NCBI GenBank assembly: GCA_019358915.1
Contig: JAHHIM010000012.1
Location: 32,001 to 96,000 of the forward strand
Direction of reading: 5' to 3'
From: Trichormus sp. ATA11-4-KO1
GTDB lineage: Bacteria; Cyanobacteriota; Cyanobacteriia; Cyanobacteriales; Nostocaceae
DNA: 64,000 bases
Part shown: positions 41,585 to 53,088 of the stretch, one piece after another
How the letters are laid out: each line of letters starts with the position of its first letter
Position numbering within the stretch: the first letter of the stretch is position 1
The notes under the pieces: generated by a model
Databases searched by the model: none
What the model was told of the DNA's origin: nothing
The model's input: only the letters and a program-made list of their open reading frames with translations
Made by a program: the position numbers and the translations under genes

Positions 41585-42061
41585 TCATTTAACTGGTTGC
41601 AGCTTTGTCACCTTGAGTTTGAAAGCCCCAACTCCAGTTTCCCCAAAAGACCGCACACGAATAATATACGTTCCTGTCTCTACGATGCGGGTAAATAGTA
41701 GGGAATTGCTGGTACCATCGGGGCCATCATCATTTTCTGCTACTGTCGATCCATTAGGAGCTAACAGTGTGATGATGGTATCAAAGTTATCAGAAGATAA
41801 ATCAATTACTAAATTATCACCCTTACTCAATTGCACAGTATAATCACGAGCGAAACCACCCTGACCTGTGGGAATGTCTTTATCTGAGAGTGTGTCGGAA
41901 AATTCAATACTGGGAGATAAAGGAATTGGACTATACAATTTATTTTGAGCAAATGTTGCTCTTGGATTGATATTAATTGCCAGCAAAGTGGCAGGAACAA
42001 TAATTATTTGTCTTAAACTCGTCGCAAAAGCTTTACTGATCATTTCCAGCAGTATTCCCAC
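41585..42061 (-). CDS. Exported PPC (pre-peptidase C-terminal) domain protein
   Basis: FDTIITL...ENDDG...GTYIIRV. Confidence 0.8.
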   Translation of the reverse strand: MGILLEMISKAFATSLRQIIIVPATLLAININPRATFAQNKLYSPIPLSPSIEFSDTLSDKDIPTGQGGFARDYTVQLSKGDNLVIDLSSDNFDTIITLLAPNGSTVAENDDGPDGTSNSLLFTRIVETGTYIIRVRSFGETGVGAFKLKVTKLQPVK

Positions 42062-42108
42062 AAAAACAGGGTAGTCGGTTAATTATAGTTTTCTTCGCTA
42101 TGGCTTGC

Positions 42109-42807
42109 CTATGAATTCTTAATGTGTCGGTTTTTTACGGCTGTAGCCACGGCTGCTAAACCTAAAACAGCAATTCCCTGCTGACGAAGTGTTTGCACAG
42201 CAGACTTAGCTGTAGCACCGGTAGTGTAAATGTCGTCAATTAACAACACTGGGATATTTAGATAATGAGTGCGTAATTCTTGCCCCACAGCAAAAGCTTC
42301 AGTCAAATTGTTTTCTCGCTCAGACACTGATAAACCAAACTGGGCTTTAGTTTCTCGCACTCTTTCTAAACCGTTAATTTTTAATTTTAACCCTGTTGTG
42401 CAACAGAAACTTTGGGCTATTAGTGCAGCTTGGTTATAACCGCGTTGTTTTTGCTTGCTGCTATGGAGTGGGATGGGGATTACTAAAGGCTGTTGTTTGC
42501 CCTTGCAGGCATTTGATAACCATGCTTCTCCTAACCATTGACCCAAAGGGCGGGCTATTTGGGGCTGATTTTCGTATTTCATGACAGCGATCGCCCGTTT
42601 AAGCAGTCCACCATACACCCCCCAGCCTAATACTGGTATTGGTGCTTGCCACAAAGACATGGGGTCTTTTTGATGGCAGTTTTGTAATTGCCTAGCACAG
42701 TATGGACAAAATTCACCAGATGTATGTCTTTGACATAGAGGACAATTGGATTGCAGAAAAAGATTGAGAAAACCTTTGAGATTTTTAGTCCAAGTGTTGC
42801 GTGTCAC
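42109..42807 (-). CDS. comF: ComF family competence/phosphoribosyltransferase protein
   Basis: CPLC...CPYC zinc ribbon, RGYNQ, LIDDIYTTGAT. Confidence 0.9.
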   Translation of the reverse strand: MTRNTWTKNLKGFLNLFLQSNCPLCQRHTSGEFCPYCARQLQNCHQKDPMSLWQAPIPVLGWGVYGGLLKRAIAVMKYENQPQIARPLGQWLGEAWLSNACKGKQQPLVIPIPLHSSKQKQRGYNQAALIAQSFCCTTGLKLKINGLERVRETKAQFGLSVSERENNLTEAFAVGQELRTHYLNIPVLLIDDIYTTGATAKSAVQTLRQQGIAVLGLAAVATAVKNRHIKNS

Positions 42808-42939
42808 GTTGTTTGTTGTTGTGCCAGATCATAGCCAGCCAAAATAAAAAGCTGATAATGCTTGTATAAATAGCATCATAGCCTCTTTTTTTTCTCAGAG
42901 CATAGACCAAAAGGTTACCACTTGCAAAAGAGCGATCGC

Positions 42940-43398
42940 CTACAACACACTGAGATAAGTTTGTTCAGAATCCATCGGCAAAACCCGTAATTTGCGATTT
43001 TTGAGGTCTGGTTCTAACCCTAAAACTTCCATTGGTGTCACACCCAAAAGGGCATAAGGTACTTCTGTCAGTTCCAAACAGTCAAAAGTCCCTTGCCGTT
43101 CTCCAATACTTAGTTCAACGTCTCGAAAAATTCTCCCTTGTTGCACTCCGGCCGCAGTCTCTACCTTGGCTTCTCCACCTTGAACCAAACCTAGTTGATT
43201 AATGATGTTAGCAGGTAAGCACAACAACGTTGCACCAGTATCAACTAAGGCATCACTCAGTATACAAGTGCGAACTTCTTCTGGAGAAATAAAGCCTCGC
43301 TGGGCTAAAACTTGATCTATTCGATTCGTGACAGTGAGGGTAACTATTACTTGCCTCATGTGCTTACCCTCAAGATTCGGCAGTACCAACCTACCCAT
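42940..43398 (-). CDS. Clan AA retropepsin-like aspartic protease
   Basis: ALVDTGA and ALLG motifs. Confidence 0.8.
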   Translation of the reverse strand: MGRLVLPNLEGKHMRQVIVTLTVTNRIDQVLAQRGFISPEEVRTCILSDALVDTGATLLCLPANIINQLGLVQGGEAKVETAAGVQQGRIFRDVELSIGERQGTFDCLELTEVPYALLGVTPMEVLGLEPDLKNRKLRVLPMDSEQTYLSVL

Positions 43399-43541
43399 TT
43401 CAGCTACCCCTGAAAATATAGTATTTTGCAGAAAAACGCAAAGGCACTCAAAAAACTCTCCGCGCCTTTGCGCGGCAGTCGCTATAAGTCGGGGAACCCA
43501 CCCAACGCGCTGCCTTGTCTTTGCGTGAAATATTTTCTCTT

Positions 43542-46334
43542 TTACACCATCTCAGATGAAGTTTGTACCATCGGCTGAGGCTGCGGCTGGAACATGAACA
43601 ACGAGTAAACCACATCTCGGCGGATGTTGACCATCATATCCAAGAACAGTTCATAACCCTCGCTCTTGTATTCAATCAACGGATCTTTTTGTCCATAACC
43701 ACGTAATCCTACGGATTCGCGTAAGGCATCCATTTGTTGCAGGTGTTCCCGCCACAGGGTATCAATGCGTTGCAAAATAAAGAAGCGTTCAGCTTGTCGC
43801 ATCAGTCCGGGCTGAATTTGGTCAATTTGTGCTTCCTTGAGGTCGTAGGCAATTCGCACCTGTTCGTGGAGGAAAGCCTTAATCTCACTCACAGACATAT
43901 CTTCTAATTGACTTGCTTGCATATCTGCTAGCAGATAGACAAACTCCTTCACTTTCTCTACCAACTTTTCTAATTCCCACTCTTCCGAGGGCAAGTCTGG
44001 GTTGATATAGAAATCAACGATGTCATCCATCGTTTTTTCGGCGTACTTAATTACCTGTTCTTTCAAGTCGTGACCTTCTAACACCCGACGACGTTCGGCG
44101 TAGATGGCGCGACGTTGGTTGTTCATTACCTCGTCGTACTCAAACACCTGTTTACGGATGTCGTAGTAGTAGGTTTCAACTTTTTTCTGTGCGCCTTCCA
44201 AACTGCGAGTCAGCATTCCCGATTCGATGGGCATATCTTCTTCCACTTGGAAGGCATTCATCAACCCAGCAACGCGATCGCCGCCAAAGATTCGCAGTAA
44301 GTTATCTTCTAAACTGAGGAAAAATCGTGTGGAACCAGGGTCACCTTGTCGTCCCGCACGTCCCCGTAATTGGTTGTCAATTCGGCGTGATTCGTGGCGT
44401 TCTGTACCAATTACGTGCAAACCGCCCAATTCTATGACTTCGTTGTGTTCTCGTTCGGTGAATTCTTCGTACTCTTGCTTCACACGGTTGTACGCTTCCC
44501 GCAATCTCTGAATCACGGGGTCGTTGGTGGGAGCTTTTTCTGCCGCCACAGCTATCTTATCTTCTGCTTCTAGTTCCGGTAAGCTGCGTTCACCATACTC
44601 CCGTACTGCCACTTCTACGGCTGCTTTCAATAACTGTTCTGTTTCTTTGGAGAGTTGGGTGGGGAAAATTTCCGGGGAAGCGCGCCAAGTTTTGACTTTT
44701 TTACCAGGTACAAAACCTTGACCGCCACCGTGTCCTGTGGGCAAACCAGCCGCCCTTTGCACGCCGAATACATCTTCATCTTCTGGCATAACAATTCGCG
44801 GCATGATATATTCCCGCAGCTTCAGACGCGCCATGTATTCGGAGTTACCACCAAGGATGATATCTGTACCCCGACCAGCCATGTTGGTGGCAATGGTCAC
44901 AGCACCCCTGCGACCTGCTTGGGCAACAATTTCTGCTTCCCGTTCCACGTTCTCTGGTCTGGCGTTCAGCAATTCGTGGGGAATCTCCATCTGCTGAAGC
45001 AGATGGCTGAGATATTCGGATTTTTCTACACTAGTGGTTCCTACCAGGACTGGTCTGCCGAGTTGGTGCATTTCGGCACATTCTCCTGCGATCGCTCGCC
45101 ACTTTCCTGCCTCGGTCTTAAATACCATGTCGGCCAAGTCTTGGCGTTTTCTCGTGCGGTTGGTAGGAATTACCGCGACTTCCAACTTATAGATTTTTTC
45201 AAATTCTGGTTCTTCTGTCTTCGCCGTTCCCGTCATTCCTCCAAGTTTGGGATAAAGTAAGAACAAATTTTGATAAGTAATTGTCGCTAGTGTTTGAGTT
45301 TCCGGTTGAATATCTACGTGTTCTTTGGCTTCAATTGCTTGGTGTAGACCATCACTCCAACGCCTTCCTGGTAGCACCCGTCCGGTAAATTCATCCACAA
45401 TTACCACTTCACCGTTGCGGACGATATAATTTACGTCCTTTAGGAACAATTCCTTAGCTTTAATGGCGTTGAACATGAAATGCGCCCACGGATCGTCTGG
45501 GTCAAATAAATCTGTAACTCCCAAAAGATTTTCTGATTCCGCAAAGCCATCATCAGTTAACAGCACGTTACGAGCTTTTTCATCCACTTCGTAGTGCTCA
45601 TCTTTTTTGAGAGTAAATGCAATTTCGGCTGCTCGGAGATATTTTTCTGTGGGTCTTTCGACTTGACCGGAAATAATGAGCGGTGTCCGCGCCTCATCAA
45701 TTAAAATCGAATCTACTTCGTCAATTACACAATAATTAAACGGGCGTTGCACTACATCAGCCATTGATGTTGCCATGTTATCCCGCAGGTAGTCAAAGCC
45801 TACTTCACTGTTGGTAACATAGGTGATGTCGCACTCATAGTTTTTCTGGCGTTCACTGGGAGTCATACTCGCCTGAATTAGCCCCACACTCAACCCCAGG
45901 AAGCGATGCACCTGCCCCATCCATTCCGCGTCCCGACGAGCTAGGTAATCGTTCACGGTAACTACGTGTACACCTTTGCCATTTAGGGCATTTAAATAAC
46001 TTGGTAAGGTGGCAACCAGGGTTTTTCCTTCCCCAGTTTTCATTTCCGCAATTTGCCCTGAGTGGAGAATGATACCGCCTAACAGCTGGACATCAAAATG
46101 CCGCAACCCCAAGACTCGCCTTCCTGCCTCTCTGACCACAGCAAAAGCTTCCGGCAGGATATCTTCTAGGGTTTCGCCATTAGCAAGTCGCTGTTTAAAC
46201 TCTGCTGTTTTGCCTTTTAGATCCTCATCGGAAAGGGCGTTAATGTCTTCCTCTAAGAGGTTAATTTCTGTAATGTAAGGTTGGTATTTTTTCAGCTTAC
46301 GAGCGTTGGGATCGCCCAACAAGAGTTTTAGCAT
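43542..46334 (-). CDS. secA: Preprotein translocase ATPase
   Basis: [31 protein letters not shown]. Confidence 0.98.
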   Translation of the reverse strand: MLKLLLGDPNARKLKKYQPYITEINLLEEDINALSDEDLKGKTAEFKQRLANGETLEDILPEAFAVVREAGRRVLGLRHFDVQLLGGIILHSGQIAEMKTGEGKTLVATLPSYLNALNGKGVHVVTVNDYLARRDAEWMGQVHRFLGLSVGLIQASMTPSERQKNYECDITYVTNSEVGFDYLRDNMATSMADVVQRPFNYCVIDEVDSILIDEARTPLIISGQVERPTEKYLRAAEIAFTLKKDEHYEVDEKARNVLLTDDGFAESENLLGVTDLFDPDDPWAHFMFNAIKAKELFLKDVNYIVRNGEVVIVDEFTGRVLPGRRWSDGLHQAIEAKEHVDIQPETQTLATITYQNLFLLYPKLGGMTGTAKTEEPEFEKIYKLEVAVIPTNRTRKRQDLADMVFKTEAGKWRAIAGECAEMHQLGRPVLVGTTSVEKSEYLSHLLQQMEIPHELLNARPENVEREAEIVAQAGRRGAVTIATNMAGRGTDIILGGNSEYMARLKLREYIMPRIVMPEDEDVFGVQRAAGLPTGHGGGQGFVPGKKVKTWRASPEIFPTQLSKETEQLLKAAVEVAVREYGERSLPELEAEDKIAVAAEKAPTNDPVIQRLREAYNRVKQEYEEFTEREHNEVIELGGLHVIGTERHESRRIDNQLRGRAGRQGDPGSTRFFLSLEDNLLRIFGGDRVAGLMNAFQVEEDMPIESGMLTRSLEGAQKKVETYYYDIRKQVFEYDEVMNNQRRAIYAERRRVLEGHDLKEQVIKYAEKTMDDIVDFYINPDLPSEEWELEKLVEKVKEFVYLLADMQASQLEDMSVSEIKAFLHEQVRIAYDLKEAQIDQIQPGLMRQAERFFILQRIDTLWREHLQQMDALRESVGLRGYGQKDPLIEYKSEGYELFLDMMVNIRRDVVYSLFMFQPQPQPMVQTSSEMV

Positions 46335-46638
46335 GGCAGGTTATGGAACTAAATCAAGGGGGACTGGGATTAAAGTTTTGGTATTGATTATAAGAATTTA
46401 ACCCAACCCAGGACTTTAGGTTATGGATGGGTTGAAAGCGAGATTAACTCAAAAACCGCAAAAGGCAGATCCAATCATTTAATGAACTGATTGGTTTTAT
46501 TTCATAGTTTAAATTTACAACTCCTTTAATAGTATCATTTCGCCTTCAACTGAGTCAGAGAAGGCCAAGCATGTTGGAGCAGGGGAGGCAGAGGGTTAGG
46601 GGAAGCAATATTGATCATTATTCCCCTTCTTCCCTTGT

Positions 46639-47181
46639 CTACTTCGCTTCCCACTCTGGGTCGAGGCGGCGGAAATTGTATTCACTCGCACTGGGATGAC
46701 AACTGACGCAACTACTAACTTGAACAGGGCGCGGGAGTTCGACTTGGGGATGTAATGCTTTGAAATAACGGGATTGGTTGACGCGATAGGGTGTTGCTTC
46801 GTCTTTTAGACGTACACGAGAGAAAGTTGCAAGATATCTCCAAACAAGCATCCGGGGCGGATCAATTAAAGGTTTGAGTTGTACACCGTAGTGCTGTGAA
46901 TCTTGGAGAAGATTTTTCCAAGTTTGGGAGGGGAAAACCTCTGGAGGAATAGCAATGTGACAGGTAGAGCAATTATCGAGATACAGTTGTTTCCCTAACT
47001 GGTACTGCACAGGTACTATGTCAACCGTGCCAATTTCTGTAGGAGTAGCACTGTGGGCGCTAGTTCCCCAGGAAAGAAGCCAGCCCATAGCTAGACTCCA
47101 AGCTAAAATTACCATAAGTAAACCGATGGGACGGCGTTTGAGTTGACGATCGCGGGATTTACGCTTCACAAGATTTGACAT
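46639..47181 (-). CDS. Diheme cytochrome c
   Basis: Two CxxCH motifs (CSTCH, CVSCH) and an N-terminal membrane anchor. Confidence 0.85.
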   Translation of the reverse strand: MSNLVKRKSRDRQLKRRPIGLLMVILAWSLAMGWLLSWGTSAHSATPTEIGTVDIVPVQYQLGKQLYLDNCSTCHIAIPPEVFPSQTWKNLLQDSQHYGVQLKPLIDPPRMLVWRYLATFSRVRLKDEATPYRVNQSRYFKALHPQVELPRPVQVSSCVSCHPSASEYNFRRLDPEWEAK

Positions 47182-47348
47182 TCCTCACATTCCCAGATTT
47201 TATGTAGCGCTGGTAACTAAATCATAGGACTTACACAGGCTTGGTGGTGTTTCGGATTTTAGGTAAATAATGTAACAGGTTTAATCAATCACGGTTAGGG
47301 TCGGGAGTGGGAGTGATGTAGTTTAACGAAGTCAGAGGGAGGATCATT

Positions 47349-47683
47349 TCTGGAAATCATGGACAAGCGATCGCTCTTGCTGGACACATACTAAATATTC
47401 CCACGACGATTGTGATGCCAAAAGATGCTCCTGCTGCGAAACAGACAGCTACTCGTGGTTATGGTGCTGAGGTGATTTTGTACAATCGACAAACAACAAA
47501 TCGAGAAGACTTAACCCAAACCTTAGCCAGCGATCGCCAACTCACACTGATTCCCCCTTACGACCATCACCAAGTTATTGCTGGACAAGGAACAACAGCT
47601 TTAGAACTGATTGCAGAAATAGGTCAACTAGACGTGCTACTAGTTTGTTGTGGTGGTGGATTAATTTCTGGTTGTGCGATCGC
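47349..47683 (+). pseudogene. Internal fragment of a PLP-dependent serine/threonine dehydratase-family gene
   Basis: SGNHGQAIA...PPYDHHQVIAGQGT...GGGLISG; the N-terminal PLP-Lys region and the C-terminus are missing. Confidence 0.85.
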
Positions 47684-47935
47684 ATTACAGGTGGTGGTGT
47701 GACGGCTGGTATTGATTTTGGATTAGTGGTTGCAGCTCAATTGTGTGGTGAGGAGACAGCCAAGCTGATTCAATTGTTGTTGGAATATAATCCCGCACTA
47801 CCTTTTAATGCTGGTTCTCCAGAAAATGCAGGAGAGGCTGTCGTGAAGCAGGTCAGGAGATTTGGGGGGGAGCTGATTAAGGCATCCCTTATACAGACAC
47901 AGGAAACTGCTAAGTTGTTGGGTACTATTCAATAG
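47676..47935 (+). pseudogene. C-terminal fragment of a DJ-1/PfpI (isocyanide hydratase-like) gene
   Basis: DRITGGGVTAGIDFGL...IQLLLEYNPALPFNAGSPE; no N-terminus. Confidence 0.8.
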
Positions 47936-48049
47936 GCCAATTTTGATGGTTAAAATAATGAACCACAGAGACGCGGAGGGCACAGAGTCAGAGAAAAAGA
48001 GTAGATGTTGAAGGAGTTTCGTATTTAACACAGTTGATGCGGTTAACTC

Positions 48050-48724
48050 TTAATGAGGAGAGATTAAATGTAGCTTTGCTACCATCTCGGTACGAGCTGA
48101 AACTCCTAGTTTGCGAAACATTCTTTTTAGGGCTTGCTTGACAGAATTTTGGGTAATCCACAGTTTGCCACCAATTTCGGCATTAGTTAACCCTTGAGCT
48201 ACTAACTCGGCAATTTCTAACTCCCGCGCTGTCAGAGGACTTGCTAACAAGGAGTTAGATATATTTGGTGGTTTTGCTCGTAGAGTTGCTAGTTTTGCTG
48301 ACAAATGAAGGCATAAAGCACTTAAATCAGCTAGGTCATCAGCATCAAAGGGCGGATTACCTTGATCCCGTGCTAAATTTAACGTGCCTACAAGACGTCC
48401 ATCACAAACAATTGGCCCAGTCATCACATGTTCATGGTCATGTCGTGAGCAAAAATTCTTCCAATCTCCTGGGGATAATATTAACTGTTCATGGGCAGGA
48501 GCGTGACGTTCAACCACATAGCGCCCGACTGGATTGCTTTCCATACAGACTGCGGGAATCGCCTGGGGATTAATTTCAGCCGTTGGTTGTTCATCTAGGA
48601 GATAAATTCCCCAATGTTGCACGCCAAAATGCTCACTAATTTTATCCGTCAGAGCTAATCTTAATTCTGGCTCGTTGGTGACATTAGCGATCGCTTGAAA
48701 TACGGCGTGAAGAGAATTAGGCAT
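48050..48724 (-). CDS. GAF-LuxR transcriptional regulator
   Basis: GPIVCDGRLVGTLNLAR GAF strand and LTARELEIAELVAQGLTNAEI HTH. Confidence 0.9.
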   Translation of the reverse strand: MPNSLHAVFQAIANVTNEPELRLALTDKISEHFGVQHWGIYLLDEQPTAEINPQAIPAVCMESNPVGRYVVERHAPAHEQLILSPGDWKNFCSRHDHEHVMTGPIVCDGRLVGTLNLARDQGNPPFDADDLADLSALCLHLSAKLATLRAKPPNISNSLLASPLTARELEIAELVAQGLTNAEIGGKLWITQNSVKQALKRMFRKLGVSARTEMVAKLHLISPH

Positions 48725-48826
48725 AAGTGTACCCACTTGGGGACTATGCGGAGCTTCATAATTACTCTTATGCTAATACCAGCCAAGATAAAAAGCTAAT
48801 AGAACTAGTCACGCTAGGAGAAGCAC

Positions 48827-49483
48827 ATGACAGTTACACAACTCTCTGCTCAGGAACTTTTCCGGGCTGCTTATGAGAACCGCTACACTTGGGATCAGAA
48901 TTTCCCAGGTTATACCGCAGATATTACCTATAAATATGACGACAAGGTATTTACTGGTCAAGTTGTCATCGACGCTAACCTGAAAGCGGAAGTGTCAGGT
49001 GTAGATAACGAGCAAGCAAAAAAAGCCATCCACGGACAAGCTTGGGAAATTGCCATTCACCGCGTCCGTCGCAGCTTTGAAGATACCCATAGCACCAATA
49101 CTTTTAGCTATGGCGCAACTGACGAAACTGGTGCAACTGAAATTTTAGTTGGTGGTAAATCTGAAGGCGATAAATACAAAGTCCGTAATAATGAAGTTTG
49201 CCACGTTCACCGTTTAATTCACGGTACTTTTGTGACAATTAACACTTTCAGCAGTCACGACACAGGGTCAGGTTATCTATCCCATACTTATGACTCTGTG
49301 TATCATGACCCCAAAACTGGGGAGCAAAAAGGTGGTAGAAGTGAATTCACCGATGAATATGAAAAAGTTGGTGAATATTTCATTTTGAATCGCCGGGAAA
49401 TTCGCACTGAAACAGCAGGACAAACATCTGTTCAGGAATTTGTGTTCTCGAACATTAAATTGTTGGCACCTGTTGCTGCTTAA
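48827..49483 (+). CDS. DUF3386-like protein
   Basis: FRAAYENRYTWD..FPGY, IHRVRRSFE; SD AGGAG. Confidence 0.8.
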   Translation: MTVTQLSAQELFRAAYENRYTWDQNFPGYTADITYKYDDKVFTGQVVIDANLKAEVSGVDNEQAKKAIHGQAWEIAIHRVRRSFEDTHSTNTFSYGATDETGATEILVGGKSEGDKYKVRNNEVCHVHRLIHGTFVTINTFSSHDTGSGYLSHTYDSVYHDPKTGEQKGGRSEFTDEYEKVGEYFILNRREIRTETAGQTSVQEFVFSNIKLLAPVAA

Positions 49484-49840
49484 GCTGAATTAGAAATAGG
49501 AAAAACAAGCGATCGCACTTCATTTATGGAAGGCGATCGCTTTTATTTATCAGCTAAAAAAGCTCAAATAAAAATTATGTTGTGTAAGTATTATCTAGGT
49601 TATTCTGATAAAACTAACTTAAAATTATAGGAATTATACGCAGTACAGACCCACGGAAAATATTAGCAGCAAACTATATTACTGAAGAGAGGGTTGCAAA
49701 ATCCAAAGTTGAAATAACAATAAAATTTTCTACCAAGTATATTTTATTTACCTAAGTAGATATACTTGAATCATGAGCTTACCAAGACCCTTGTGAGTGA
49801 TGCCTCCGGCACGCCATGATGCGAGTTATGGGAACCTGGA

Positions 49841-50683
49841 CTACTGTCCAAGCTCTCTAATATTGTTCATCACTTGTTGATACAAGTCATTATTATTTTG
49901 CTCTTGAAAGATGGCTGCCGCTTGTTGTAAGTCTTTGAGCGCACCTTGTCTGTCTCCCTGAGCTGCGCGGGCATTTCCCCGGTTATTGTAAGCAGGCCCA
50001 AAATTAGAATTGAGGCGAATGGCTTGATTATAATCGGCGATCGCACCTTGTCTGTCTCCCTGCGCCGCGCGGACATTTCCTCGGTTATTGTAGGCAATGG
50101 CATATCGAGAATCGAGGAGAATAGCTTGGTTGAAATCATCTAACGCCCCGTCATTGTCTCCTTGGGCTGCGCGGGCATTTCCTCGGTTATTGTAAGCTTC
50201 GGCGTAGCCGGGCGAGAGGCGAATAGCTTCGTTGTAATCGGCGATCGCGCGTTGATGATCTCCCATTGAGGCTAGGGCATTTCCCCGACTATTATAAGCT
50301 TCGGCATCATTAGGAGAGATGTTAATCGCTTGATTGTAATCGGCGATCGCTTTTTGCTTGTCCCCCAAATCAAAGTAGGCTAGTCCCCGGCTTTTATAAG
50401 CTGGACTATATTCAGAATCTACATCAATTGCTTGGCTATAAGTAGCGATCGCTGCTTGTAAGTCGCCTTTGACGTGCTGATCCTTTCCTTGAACAAAAAG
50501 ACTACCAGCTGGGGATGTTTGCGCTACACGACGGCTAGGAGGGCTAATTCCTATTTCTGTTACCAAAACATCTTTGTTCTGATTGCAGGAAACACTAGTA
50601 ATTGCACTCAATCCAGTAACCACAGCTATGGTCAATATTCTTTTAACTTTCACCTGCTCTTGCTCAAATAACCGCAGTTTCAT
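49841..50683 (-). CDS. TPR-repeat lipoprotein
   Basis: SVSC lipobox-like motif and several AYNNRGNARAAQGD repeats. Confidence 0.85.
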   Translation of the reverse strand: MKLRLFEQEQVKVKRILTIAVVTGLSAITSVSCNQNKDVLVTEIGISPPSRRVAQTSPAGSLFVQGKDQHVKGDLQAAIATYSQAIDVDSEYSPAYKSRGLAYFDLGDKQKAIADYNQAINISPNDAEAYNSRGNALASMGDHQRAIADYNEAIRLSPGYAEAYNNRGNARAAQGDNDGALDDFNQAILLDSRYAIAYNNRGNVRAAQGDRQGAIADYNQAIRLNSNFGPAYNNRGNARAAQGDRQGALKDLQQAAAIFQEQNNNDLYQQVMNNIRELGQ

Positions 50684-51100
50684 AAGTTACCCTAAACCGT
50701 CATTACACCTGGATTACAATTAGCACCAACTTTCACTAAAGATTGTTTCTAGCTTTTTATACCTGTGTCAAGTCAAGTGACATCCTGACTTGATATTTTC
50801 TATGGTTAATTAACGGTTATATGCTTGATCAAGCATGAAGCATAAAAATTTTATTTTGGATGATTTATCTATTTGTTATGTGAACTCTATTCTAGACAAC
50901 TCGCGCTGCTTTTTATGTTTTTCCTGATACTTTATGAATGATTTTCTGTTTTCACCAAAAGTTTAATTAATATTAAATTTTTTTGGCAAATTAGCATCCT
51001 GATATTTTCATAATACCGGGATTATGGTTGATCACAAATGATAGAAAAATACTATATAGGACTCCAACCTAGTAAAATCTTGACTGTCACCTGTCACCTA

Positions 51101-52012
51101 TCAATCGTCACTTTCCTGGTTTTTAGGAGACAGTCGCCAAGATGTAGTTGTGTCAATATCTACAGATAATTGTTCTAGGTTTTGACCTAAATCTTTTTGC
51201 AGTTTCTGAGTCAGTGTCACCGGAAAATCTAAACTAACACTTTGATTTTGTACCAATTTGACTAATTCTGCAAATGACACTTTGACAGTTTTACGTTCGT
51301 AACTAGTCAACTTACAAAATGAGGTTTCCGAGACATTTTGAGCTTGCATGGCTTTTTTTATCCGCTCTTGCAAATGCTCAAATTCTGAATTCAACAGCTT
51401 CCACTGCTCTTCTATTTCTGTATATCTAGCACTAATCCCTGTTAAATCTTCTTTGGTAGGATCTGGGTTACTTGCTACTTGTAATTCTAACAACTGTAAG
51501 TGTACTTGGGCAAGATAAATACAATCTAAATAAGCATATTCTATCTGTCCTTCAGTCAGGGGACGCTTTCCCCAATCACTATTTTGTTCCTGTTTATCAA
51601 TATAGTTAAATCTACACAATGCTGTAGCTAAAGTTTTAAGTTGGTAGTTAGGTAATGGTAAGAGATAGTAGGGAATTTTTTTGGCTATTTCTAAAGTGCA
51701 AGTGATATTTTTGGCTTGCTTGCTGCCTAAAAACTTTATATCATAATTTGCATTATGAAAAACCTTTTCAATAGCCGGATTCATCATAATTTGCTCAACA
51801 AAACCAACAACCATATCAGGGTGATTCAGGACATCTAAAAGGTAAACGCGATCGCCGCTCATATCTGTTGGGTCATCCAACACCTGAATCAGTGATAGTC
51901 TGGGATTGCGACTTTTATAGTCAGCAACTTCTGTATCAATCCACAGAGTTTTGACTTTGGTATATTCAGCTACTATAGAACTAATTTCGCTAGCGGCAGT
52001 CAAGTATGGCAT
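51101..52012 (-). CDS. RNase D-like 3'-5' exonuclease
   Basis: IDTE, FHNANYD, SDWGKRPL..QIEYAYLD (DEDDy). Confidence 0.85.
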   Translation of the reverse strand: MPYLTAASEISSIVAEYTKVKTLWIDTEVADYKSRNPRLSLIQVLDDPTDMSGDRVYLLDVLNHPDMVVGFVEQIMMNPAIEKVFHNANYDIKFLGSKQAKNITCTLEIAKKIPYYLLPLPNYQLKTLATALCRFNYIDKQEQNSDWGKRPLTEGQIEYAYLDCIYLAQVHLQLLELQVASNPDPTKEDLTGISARYTEIEEQWKLLNSEFEHLQERIKKAMQAQNVSETSFCKLTSYERKTVKVSFAELVKLVQNQSVSLDFPVTLTQKLQKDLGQNLEQLSVDIDTTTSWRLSPKNQESDD

Positions 52013-52174
52013 TGGCTAATATTCCCTGATAGGCAAAAGCAAATATACTGGTATCGGCTCTCTCCTGAGAGAGAAGTCAACTTTGCGGTAAAATACACAA
52101 AATCAATCACAAGCATAAAAGTATTTTCAGTTTGCAACTGACAAGTCAGTGCAAGCGATCGCGGGAGGTAAAAA

Positions 52175-52915
52175 ATGGGATTAGCTGGGTTAAAAATTGT
52201 ATTGGTGGAACCAGCTGGGCCAATTAACCTAGGGTCGATCGCTAGGGTAATGAAAAATTTTGGACTACATCATCTGGTATTAGTCAACCCCCAATGCGAT
52301 CCATTGTCGGCGGAAGCTGTGAAAATGGCAGTTCATGCCAAAGAAGTTTTAGAATCTGCGGTATTAGTCACCACATTACCAGAAGCACTGCAAGGATGTG
52401 TCCGCGCGATCGCTACTACTGCGCGTGTGCGTGATTGGGAAACACCTTTAGAAAATCCTCGCACAGCACTACCTTGGTTACTAGAAGACCCAGACACACC
52501 CGCAGCACTGATTTTTGGTAGGGAAGACCGGGGTTTAAGCAATGAAGAATTAAATTATGCCCAGCGATTTGTCCGCATTCCCACACATCAAAGTTATTCA
52601 TCTCTCAATTTGGCTACGGCTGTGGCTATCTGCTGTTATGAACTAGCCCAATATACAGCACCACCGATAACGCCGGCCCCAAGCCAAACTGAACTGGCAC
52701 CATTGGATCTTGTGGAAACCTACTACGAGCAATTAGAATCACTACTACTAGATATTGGTTACTTGTATCCGCACACAGCAGCTAGTCGCATGGAAAAATT
52801 CCGGCAACTGTACAATCGCGCTCATCTCCAAACTAAAGAGGTCGCTATGCTGCGAGGAATTCTGCGACAGATAGAATGGGCACTTAAAACCAAGGGTGAT
52901 GATGAAAACTTGTAA
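52175..52915 (+). CDS. TrmJ/LasT SPOUT RNA methyltransferase
   Basis: NLGSIARVMKNFG, FGREDRGL, SLNLA. Confidence 0.9.
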   Translation: MGLAGLKIVLVEPAGPINLGSIARVMKNFGLHHLVLVNPQCDPLSAEAVKMAVHAKEVLESAVLVTTLPEALQGCVRAIATTARVRDWETPLENPRTALPWLLEDPDTPAALIFGREDRGLSNEELNYAQRFVRIPTHQSYSSLNLATAVAICCYELAQYTAPPITPAPSQTELAPLDLVETYYEQLESLLLDIGYLYPHTAASRMEKFRQLYNRAHLQTKEVAMLRGILRQIEWALKTKGDDENL

Positions 52916-53088
52916 TTAATCGTTTAATATGTACGGAATCATCCCCCCAAAATAGTTAATATGCCTTAAACTAAACGCAAAAATGTGACTGATTAGCCAA
53001 GGATGATTTCCACATCCAGCTGTTTCAGGAGTGAGTTTTGGGTCGGGAGTCTGCAAGAAAACATTCCAGTGGGTCACCAGGAGTAATC

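Noticed and set aside
44115..46278. Several long + strand ORFs (up to 201 aa) in the ORF track
   Set aside because: Antisense shadows of secA with no recognisable motifs; the same applies to the other short ORFs nested in real genes
49900..50350. GC-richer repeats with a period of about 102 bp that could suggest a CRISPR-like array
   Set aside because: They are in-frame 34-aa TPR units inside one ORF, with no unique spacers and no cas genes
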